IMG/VR virus record: IMGVR_UViG_3300020385_000001
Coordinates: 1-60,934 of that record
Length of the DNA stretch: 60,934 nucleotides
Source: a virus
Strand: one strand, 5' to 3'
Position numbers and translations under genes: made by a program. Of the stretch, positions 37,745 through 42,770 are shown in pieces (the stretch's first letter is position 1; each line of letters opens with the position of its first letter). Below the pieces are notes generated by a model. That model was not told where the DNA came from. It ran no database searches and saw only the letters and a list, made by a program, of their open reading frames with translations.

Positions 37745-37856
37745 TACTTTTTATTTTTCCACGGGGGTTAATAATTGGTTGTTTCCATCTGTATCCTAAT
37801 ATGGGGTGCATCATGTAATCATACACATCCCAGATCATTTGTTCTTTATCTTTCAT
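37725..37856 (-). CDS. Tiny ORF (43 aa), below cutoff
   Basis: Manual translation gives MKDKEQMIWDVYDYMMHPILGYRWKQPIINPRGKIKSNELDSY. It has a TAATG overlap with the upstream gene. Confidence 0.3.
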   Translation of the reverse strand: MKDKEQMIWDVYDYMMHPILGYRWKQPIINPRGKIKSNELDSY

Positions 37857-38053
37857 TATACTACTTCTAAATTAAGTTCGCGTGCTACATAGTTAATATG
37901 CTTAGATGTTGTTGGGCTTGATGTCATACCATATACATTCCATTTGAGCTTGTATAATTTACCATTTTTAATTTCAGCAACGTGTGTATCATATGAGTAT
38001 ATGTCATTGTTTATTTGTTTAAGGTTTTGTTTGTATCTGTTAAAGGTTTTCAT
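37856..38053 (-). CDS. Hypothetical early protein (65 aa)
   Basis: Track ORF. Confidence 0.55.
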   Translation of the reverse strand: MKTFNRYKQNLKQINNDIYSYDTHVAEIKNGKLYKLKWNVYGMTSSPTTSKHINYVARELNLEVV

Positions 38054-38271
38054 AGTCTAATAAAGTTTAATGGTTTAATATATTTGTTAATGAATTTGCC
38101 AATTGATTCAGCATTGCGCATACCTTCGAACATGAATGGTTCAACACTTTTGTAGAGGTATTCTCGGTTGTTGGTGAATGTAAGCTTGAGCTCACTGGTT
38201 TCGTAGTTGTACTCTGCAAGTTTAATGGCTGCAGAATTTACATTGATTCGTTCTTTAATTAATTTTTTCAT
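38050..38271 (-). CDS. KTSC-domain protein
   Basis: SAAIKLAEYNYETSELKLTFTNNREYLYKSVEPFMFEGMRNAESIGKFINKYIK fits the KTSC pattern (S..I....Y......L.V.F..G..Y.Y..V....Y..L..A.S.G.Y....I). Confidence 0.6.
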   Translation of the reverse strand: MKKLIKERINVNSAAIKLAEYNYETSELKLTFTNNREYLYKSVEPFMFEGMRNAESIGKFINKYIKPLNFIRL

Positions 38272-38485
38272 TGTTATTTAATTTTATTATATTATCAAGT
38301 GTCTTACGTGTTAGTTCTGCAGATGGTATTCCATCCACAATATCTGTTGTTACATCTTTAGGATAATGCTTTAATATGTTTTCAATTATTCCGTCTAGCA
38401 CATGATCATCAAGCTCGTTGTTGAGTGTGTAGTGATCTGTCTTGTTTTTGTATGTGATTGATAGCTTACTCAGTCCCATCGTCAT
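38255..38485 (-). CDS. Hypothetical early protein (76 aa)
   Basis: Track ORF. Its 3' end carries motif copy G. Confidence 0.55.
   Translation of the reverse strand: MTMGLSKLSITYKNKTDHYTLNNELDDHVLDGIIENILKHYPKDVTTDIVDGIPSAELTRKTLDNIIKLNNNEKIN
38287..38322 (-). promoter_or_regulatory. 36-nt early motif, copy G (most degenerate)
   Basis: The minus strand reads CTGCAGAACTAACACG-N10-GATAATATAA. The ATG of the KTSC gene lies 15 nt downstream. Confidence 0.5.
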
Positions 38486-38795
38486 CTATATTTTCACTTA
38501 GCCATCTTTCAATTTCAGACTCGTCTATGTATTCATCTACATCATCCATAAGGATTCTAGCCTCAGGAATATCTTCAGCAACTTGTACTATGCGCTCCAT
38601 GATGGTATCAAAATCAGGTTGATAATAGTATACATCATTTTCCCAGCTAAGACAGCCAGGGTCTTCGGTTAAGATATAAACGTTATATCCGTCTGCTGTC
38701 ATGTACTCAGTTAATTGTAAATCATTATCACAATAGTTGTCAAAGTTTGTAATGGTTACATTTAGGTGTTTTTCTAGTCTTTCTAATGGTGTCAT
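38466..38795 (-). CDS. Highly acidic early protein (109 aa, about 30 Asp/Glu vs 5 Arg/Lys)
   Basis: Track ORF. Composition was counted by hand. Confidence 0.6.
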   Translation of the reverse strand: MTPLERLEKHLNVTITNFDNYCDNDLQLTEYMTADGYNVYILTEDPGCLSWENDVYYYQPDFDTIMERIVQVAEDIPEARILMDDVDEYIDESEIERWLSENIDDDGTE

Positions 38796-38806
38796 AATTT
38801 TTGGTT

Positions 38807-38953
38807 TTAAAGTTGTTGGTTTAATATATAATTTAATACTTGTTTAGTTGTTCCAGTCATGCTTTGCTCAACATTATTTTGGTCTTGAAACGAAAGTTTA
38901 TAGAACTTAGGTTTGTGTATTTCAAACTCGGTGTTAAATTTATTTCCTGCCAT
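38807..38953 (-). CDS. Small early protein (48 aa), below cutoff
   Basis: Manual translation gives MAGNKFNTEFEIHKPKFYKLSFQDQNNVEQSMTGTTKQVLNYILNQQL. It has the same 17-nt leader TTAAAACCAAAAATTATG as the next gene. Confidence 0.45.
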   Translation of the reverse strand: MAGNKFNTEFEIHKPKFYKLSFQDQNNVEQSMTGTTKQVLNYILNQQL

Positions 38954-39083
38954 AATTTTTGGTTTTAAGGTTTATAATATTGTACGGAGGAGGAGGAACA
39001 TTACCCTCGCTTCATCTCGAGATTCTATCTGCCCGTCGGCAATCCCCCGTAGCTGATTACACATATATGCATGTGTATAGCAT

Positions 39084-39299
39084 TTAGTCTTCGACCTGTT
39101 CAGGTGCTTTATATTTGTTATCAATGTAGTCAATCAATCTTACCGTGAAGTATTCGATTAAGTCATTGCCTTCAAAGCCATCATCAAGTAATGGTTTAAG
39201 CTTTTCAATGTTGTAGTCAAACGCCCAGTCGTCAACTAAACCTCTCATGCGTTCGTGCTTTCTTCTAAGTTCTAAATAGTTTTCTAGTTTGTTACTCAT
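39084..39299 (-). CDS. Acidic early protein (71 aa)
   Basis: Track ORF, preceded by motif copy F. Confidence 0.6.
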   Translation of the reverse strand: MSNKLENYLELRRKHERMRGLVDDWAFDYNIEKLKPLLDDGFEGNDLIEYFTVRLIDYIDNKYKAPEQVED

Positions 39300-39321
39300 A
39301 ATTATTATTTTTTAGATTCAT

Positions 39322-39357
39322 ATATATTATCAATAGCCTTGCGTATTTATTCTGTAA
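39322..39357 (-). promoter_or_regulatory. 36-nt early motif, copy F
   Basis: The minus strand reads TTACAGAATAAATACG-N10-GATAATATAT, with an ATG 22 nt downstream. Confidence 0.6.
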
Positions 39358-39499
39358 GCCCGTGAGCTATCTTAAGTAATTCAACCGTGCTTTCGTGTTC
39401 GGCTTCAACACGCCATGCATTCTTCTCCTTTACTTCTAATCTCCAGTTGTTCATATTGAATCCACCTCGTATCTGCCAATCTTGTATGTTTCTTTTCAT
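39347..39499 (-). CDS. Small early protein (50 aa), below cutoff
   Basis: Manual translation gives MKRNIQDWQIRGGFNMNNWRLEVKEKNAWRVEAEHESTVELLKIAHGLTE. Its stop lies inside motif F. Confidence 0.45.
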   Translation of the reverse strand: MKRNIQDWQIRGGFNMNNWRLEVKEKNAWRVEAEHESTVELLKIAHGLTE

Positions 39500-39642
39500 C
39501 CTATATATTCTAATAAGTTTTTAATCTTCTTTAAATTCTTGTGTGCAATTTGTGCATTCATAAAGTGTGCATAGTCTGGGCCAAGTTCAACCAGGTCATC
39601 GACCGTTTGGCGTAGCTCGTAGAGTTTGTCTTTTGTTTTCAT
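39496..39642 (-). CDS. Small early protein (48 aa), below cutoff
   Basis: Manual translation gives MKTKDKLYELRQTVDDLVELGPDYAHFMNAQIAHKNLKKIKNLLEYIG. It has ATGA overlaps at both ends. Confidence 0.45.
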   Translation of the reverse strand: MKTKDKLYELRQTVDDLVELGPDYAHFMNAQIAHKNLKKIKNLLEYIG

Positions 39643-39824
39643 AATTGATTTACTATTTTAGTTTTTAATTCATTTATAAATTCTATATATCTATCACCTG
39701 ATAAATGTTCAGTATACTCGTTGCCATCTGTTTGCCATGCAATTGCTTCTTGTATGTATTCAGTAACAATTGGTGTAATCTCATCGGCTAAATGTTCTAA
39801 TGCTTTTTGTTTTATATCATTCAT
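39639..39824 (-). CDS. Hypothetical early protein (61 aa)
   Basis: Track ORF. Confidence 0.55.
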   Translation of the reverse strand: MNDIKQKALEHLADEITPIVTEYIQEAIAWQTDGNEYTEHLSGDRYIEFINELKTKIVNQL

Positions 39825-39825
39825 A

Positions 39826-39972
39826 TTATTTATTTTTTAAATATATATTATAATCTTCTTTTACTTTATCTAATACTCTGCTTAAATCTTGGGGGTCATA
39901 ATCAAAGGTTGAAACTTTCATCCAGTGTGCAATGGATTCTAAGGATTCAATTGCTTGTTCTTTATTTGTCAT
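39826..39972 (-). CDS. Small early protein (48 aa), below cutoff
   Basis: Manual translation gives MTNKEQAIESLESIAHWMKVSTFDYDPQDLSRVLDKVKEDYNIYLKNK. Confidence 0.45.
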   Translation of the reverse strand: MTNKEQAIESLESIAHWMKVSTFDYDPQDLSRVLDKVKEDYNIYLKNK

Positions 39973-39983
39973 ATTGTTTTAGT

Positions 39984-40244
39984 TTATGTTCCGCTATAAC
40001 CCCAGGCCCCAGCTTCGCTGTTTAAATATTCATCTTGCATTGCATCTACTTTTGCTTTAGCATCATACTTAGATGCATGATCTTTAATTGCATGTATAGC
40101 ATCTGATATATCATCAAAGTTGATGTGTGTATGTGCTGACGGTCTTTTGAGTATTACCGTTGCACCCATTGAACTGATCTTATTTCCCATATAATCATAT
40201 GTACCAGTCTTAAAGTCATACATTTTATTTGATAAATTTTTCAT
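39984..40244 (-). CDS. Hypothetical early protein (86 aa)
   Basis: Track ORF. Confidence 0.55.
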   Translation of the reverse strand: MKNLSNKMYDFKTGTYDYMGNKISSMGATVILKRPSAHTHINFDDISDAIHAIKDHASKYDAKAKVDAMQDEYLNSEAGAWGYSGT

Positions 40245-40328
40245 TTGTAAAGGTGTTAAATTATTTGTATATATTTTTTTTGTTGGTGTTTTAATGCATA
40301 ATCAGTGTACACATATATAATTATTTAT

Positions 40329-40364
40329 AATTATTATCGGGTTGATTACGTATTTATTTTGTAA
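40329..40364 (-). promoter_or_regulatory. 36-nt early motif, copy H
   Basis: The minus strand reads TTACAAAATAAATACG-N10-GATAATAATT, with an ATG 84 nt downstream. Confidence 0.5.
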
Positions 40365-40374
40365 CGTTTCTCAG

Positions 40375-40420
40375 TGCGACATAAGGTACTTAATATAGAT
40401 TAATAACAGGCTATTGTCAC
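40375..40420 (+). promoter_or_regulatory. Bipartite ~47-nt element, copy Y (antisense to the early genes)
   Basis: The plus strand reads TGCGACATAAGGTACTTAATATAGATTAATAACAGGCTATTGTCAC. Confidence 0.55.
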
Positions 40421-40524
40421 ACTTCTTCAAATTCACAATTCTCTTTACAATCTCCACATCTTTCACTATCGATGTCTCCGAGCCATGGACTTGCACCGCA
40501 GCAGTTTGATACTAATTCAGTCAT
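40417..40524 (-). CDS. Cys-rich miniprotein (35 aa), below cutoff
   Basis: Manual translation gives MTELVSNCCGASPWLGDIDSERCGDCKENCEFEEV (5 Cys). It is preceded by motif copy A at 13 nt. Confidence 0.45.
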   Translation of the reverse strand: MTELVSNCCGASPWLGDIDSERCGDCKENCEFEEV

Positions 40525-40537
40525 AATTTTTATTTTA

Positions 40538-40573
40538 TTATATTATCAGTTAGTTAACGTATTATTTTTGTAA
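40538..40573 (-). promoter_or_regulatory. 36-nt early motif, copy A
   Basis: The minus strand reads TTACAAAAATAATACG-N10-GATAATATAA. Confidence 0.6.
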
Positions 40574-40765
40574 GGTTTCTTTCATGTCATCAAGTTCTGC
40601 TATGTCTTGAGTAATTAAGAATGATAGTTCCCTGTCATCGTTTTCCATTATGTATTCTATTAGATCCAGTCTATCTGTAATATCATCTTGACTTTCATCA
40701 TTATAAATTTGTATTAAAGTATTGTACACTTCATCTCTGTCATAGTAACTGTTAATGTATTCCAT
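40562..40765 (-). CDS. Highly acidic early protein (67 aa)
   Basis: Track ORF. Its stop codon lies inside motif A. Confidence 0.6.
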   Translation of the reverse strand: MEYINSYYDRDEVYNTLIQIYNDESQDDITDRLDLIEYIMENDDRELSFLITQDIAELDDMKETLQK

Positions 40766-40785
40766 AGTTTTATATTTTAAGTTTA

Positions 40786-40821
40786 TTATATTATCAAATT
40801 AAGAACGTGTTATTTCTGTAA
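40786..40821 (-). promoter_or_regulatory. 36-nt early motif, copy B
   Basis: The minus strand reads TTACAGAAATAACACG-N10-GATAATATAA, with an ATG 20 nt downstream. Confidence 0.6.
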
Positions 40822-40856
40822 ATCCGCTTCACTTCGGTCGACGAAGGAGGTGAGGT

Positions 40857-41009
40857 TCAGCCCAGCTTGCTGAGACGCCAGTCAATCTTTGTAAGTATGT
40901 TACTGACATGTATTTCGAATTTGTCTTTATCGTTCGGAACATCGTCTCCGTTTAGAAGATCGTACATTGCATACCTCATCAAGTTCAATTCGTTCTTTGT
41001 GAATTTCAT
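40857..41009 (-). CDS. Small early protein (50 aa), below cutoff
   Basis: Manual translation gives MKFTKNELNLMRYAMYDLLNGDDVPNDKDKFEIHVSNILTKIDWRLSKLG. A GC-rich hairpin (about 40827-40856) follows. Confidence 0.45.
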   Translation of the reverse strand: MKFTKNELNLMRYAMYDLLNGDDVPNDKDKFEIHVSNILTKIDWRLSKLG

Positions 41010-41010
41010 A

Positions 41011-41145
41011 TTATATGTTTTTAATTATATTTATTTGTTCTTCGATTTCTTTTATTCTTTCTTTATTATCATTAGAGTTTTCTCTGGAGTCAACTACTTG
41101 TTCGAGTAGAGTTTCGAGTGCGAGTATTATTAAGTATTTATTCAT
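41011..41145 (-). CDS. Small early protein (44 aa), below cutoff
   Basis: Manual translation gives MNKYLIILALETLLEQVVDSRENSNDNKERIKEIEEQINIIKNI. Confidence 0.4.
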   Translation of the reverse strand: MNKYLIILALETLLEQVVDSRENSNDNKERIKEIEEQINIIKNI

Positions 41146-41158
41146 ATTATATATTTTA

Positions 41159-41194
41159 TTATATTATCAAATGTATTACGTATTTATTCTGTAC
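41159..41194 (-). promoter_or_regulatory. 36-nt early motif, copy C
   Basis: The minus strand reads GTACAGAATAAATACG-N10-GATAATATAA, with an ATG 13 nt downstream. Confidence 0.6.
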
Positions 41195-41342
41195 ACTCTC
41201 GAACTTCTTTTATATTGTCTAAGCCCCATTCTGCAGCTGCATATTTAGTTGCTTCCATTATGCTATTTGCTTTTACATAACTTTTAAAGTGTGTTGCTAC
41301 TCCTCTTTTAAGCCAAGTGGCTTCTTTAATTACTTCGTACAT
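41187..41342 (-). CDS. Small early protein (51 aa), below cutoff
   Basis: Manual translation gives MYEVIKEATWLKRGVATHFKSYVKANSIMEATKYAAAEWGLDNIKEVRECTE. Its stop lies inside motif C. Confidence 0.45.
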
Positions 41343-41367
41343 ATCTTTTATATTTTATTAATTACAT

Positions 41368-41403
41368 TTATATTATCAAATTAGTTGCGTATTAACTTTG
41401 TAA
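41368..41403 (-). promoter_or_regulatory. 36-nt early motif, copy D
   Basis: The minus strand reads TTACAAAGTTAATACG-N10-GATAATATAA, with an ATG 25 nt downstream. Confidence 0.6.
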
Positions 41404-41550
41404 ACGTTTTTTTAATTCATAAATAATATCTACCATTAGGTCGCCATGCTTATCATGGTCACATTCGCCATGTGTTTCGATTAGGTGGTCTACCACGATG
41501 CCATGAATCGCATCGAATGATTGAGTACTTAGTTCTTTTAATGTCATCAT
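41392..41550 (-). CDS. Small early protein (52 aa), below cutoff; first gene of the minus arm
   Basis: Manual translation gives MMTLKELSTQSFDAIHGIVVDHLIETHGECDHDKHGDLMVDIIYELKKRLQS. Its stop lies inside motif D. Confidence 0.45.
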   Translation of the reverse strand: MMTLKELSTQSFDAIHGIVVDHLIETHGECDHDKHGDLMVDIIYELKKRLQS

Positions 41551-41573
41551 ATTTATTATTTTATTAATTACAT

Positions 41574-41609
41574 TTATATTATCAAATGGACAACGTATTA
41601 TTTTTGCAA
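41574..41609 (-). promoter_or_regulatory. 36-nt early motif, copy E (outermost)
   Basis: The minus strand reads TTGCAAAAATAATACG-N10-GATAATATAA, with an ATG 23 nt downstream. Confidence 0.6.
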
Positions 41610-41639
41610 ACGGTCCGGATAGTTTCTACCAGGAAAAAG

Positions 41640-41700
41640 TCAATACTTACGTGCAAATTCTGTAAAAAGCTGAAACCTACGTGATTTTTCTGTAAAAGCT
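41640..41700 (-). repeat. Two tandem ~30-nt units, each carrying only the upstream half-box (TTACAGAA...CACG)
   Basis: The minus strand reads GCTTTTACAGAAAAATCACGTAGGTTTCA then GCTTTTTACAGAATTTGCACGTAAGTATTGA. The half-boxes lie at 41679-41697 and 41649-41667. Confidence 0.6.
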
Positions 41701-41802
41701 TGGGGGGCTGGGGTAAACAAAAACGATTTCCGTAACGTGCTGACAATCATATACATATGCGCAACACAATTATTCCCAATATCTAACAAGTTTTTTCAGC
41801 AG

Positions 41803-41850
41803 TGCGACAATAGGTAATTATAAATACTTAAGTAACAGGCTAACGTCGCA
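41803..41850 (+). promoter_or_regulatory. Bipartite ~47-nt element, copy Z (heads the plus-strand arm)
   Basis: The plus strand reads TGCGACAATAGGTAATTATAAATACTTAAGTAACAGGCTAACGTCGCA. The ends TGCGAC/GTCGCA are inverted repeats. Confidence 0.55.
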
Positions 41851-41919
41851 TACAATGTAAATATTGTAAGTTGTGTGTAACTTATGCGATTATAAAAGAA
41901 TAGGTAATTCAATCTAATT

Positions 41920-42120
41920 ATGAAAAAGAACGAGGTTCTAGTTAAGTCCAATGGGCTGAGGAATGAATTGAAGGAAATACGTAAGAGTATTGACAAACTA
42001 ACGGACGCGCTTATTGAAATACATATCGCACAAACAAACCAACATGAAATTAATAGGAAGTATTGTACTTGTAGCTCTGATGATGAGTTGCTCGGCAACA
42101 AGACAAGTAAGAATAAATGA
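41920..42120 (+). CDS. Hypothetical protein (66 aa); overlaps the next ORF, so reality is uncertain
   Basis: Track ORF. The first 45 aa are coiled-coil-like and the tail overlaps the lipoprotein ORF by 77 nt. Confidence 0.35.
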   Translation: MKKNEVLVKSNGLRNELKEIRKSIDKLTDALIEIHIAQTNQHEINRKYCTCSSDDELLGNKTSKNK

Positions 42121-42232
42121 ATTCAAAGAGCTAACTAAAGATATGCGGATTGAAACCGCGGATGAAACTAGAATGGCTCAGGTTTTATATTTAAGAATGG
42201 TAAATAAACGAAATTATTATGGGAATAGGTAG
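42044..42232 (+). CDS. Small putative lipoprotein (62 aa from an internal ATG of the 72-aa track ORF)
   Basis: MKLIGSIVLVALMMSCSATRQ is a signal-peptide-like h-region followed by Cys (lipobox-like LMMSC). Confidence 0.45.
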   Translation: MKLIGSIVLVALMMSCSATRQVRINEFKELTKDMRIETADETRMAQVLYLRMVNKRNYYGNR

Positions 42233-42527
42233 AAACAGTTTTAAAGCTGCTAAAGAAAAAGCAAAACAAGCTGGTAAAAAAATTAGAGATGCAAAACCGC
42301 AGCAATTTATGTCAAAATCTTTTTCAAGAATTCCTGCTAAAGGGGTTAATGAAATAAAACCCGCTGGAATAAACGAATCTCCGGCTAATGGTAATGCATT
42401 TACAGGGGCTATGGCAAAAACAGGTGGTAATTACGCAGAAGCTAAGAAACTATTAGGTGATTCACCTGCCGCTTACGGTACTGGTTCTCCATTTAAGCTA
42501 ATGAAGAGTAAGATCTTTAAGAAATAA
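42219..42527 (+). CDS. Small Lys-rich protein (102 aa)
   Basis: Track ORF with a basic N-terminus. The C-terminus is ...GSPFKLMKSKIFKK. Confidence 0.55.
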   Translation: MGIGRNSFKAAKEKAKQAGKKIRDAKPQQFMSKSFSRIPAKGVNEIKPAGINESPANGNAFTGAMAKTGGNYAEAKKLLGDSPAAYGTGSPFKLMKSKIFKK

Positions 42528-42531
42528 GGTA

Positions 42532-42768
42532 ATGCCCCAAAAATTATCGGCTAAAGCCAAGGCAAAAAAGGCTCAAAGAGACAAACAATACGCTATGACG
42601 CCCCGTAGAAGGGCTATGAAAGCGGAAAATCAACGCCTTCGGCGTAAATATCTTAAAAAGGGCTTCAGTTTAGCCGGTTTAGACTACGATCACGAAGATA
42701 AAAAGTTTGAATCGATAAAAAGAAACCGGGGTAACGACGGAAACGGCACAAAAACAGAAAAAACTTAA
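42532..42768 (+). CDS. Small very basic protein (78 aa)
   Basis: MPQKLSAKAKAKKAQRDKQYAMTPRRRAMKAENQRLRRKYLKKG...DYDHEDKKF... Confidence 0.55.
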   Translation: MPQKLSAKAKAKKAQRDKQYAMTPRRRAMKAENQRLRRKYLKKGFSLAGLDYDHEDKKFESIKRNRGNDGNGTKTEKT

Positions 42769-42770
42769 CA

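Noticed and set aside
38990-39060. tRNA in the GC-rich intergenic island
   Set aside because: No 7-bp acceptor stem plus D, anticodon and T arms could be drawn. There is no GTTCRA-type T-loop, and the length between the only long-range stem is about 64 nt. It is kept as an unclassified structured-RNA candidate.
39807-41248. Plus-strand ORFs 39807..40025, 40867..41109 and 41015..41248, and minus-strand 41796..42101
   Set aside because: Their Leu/Ile/Phe/Tyr-rich low-complexity translations are typical of antisense AT-rich DNA. They run opposite to densely packed small genes with promoter-motif and ATG spacing, or they cross the non-coding control region.
38287-41700. Could the repeated 36-nt motif be a CRISPR array or a MITE family?
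   Set aside because: The spacing is irregular (about 200-1000 bp). The copies overlap gene 3' ends and sit at fixed short distances from start codons. There are no terminal inverted repeats or target-site duplications. A regulatory motif fits better.
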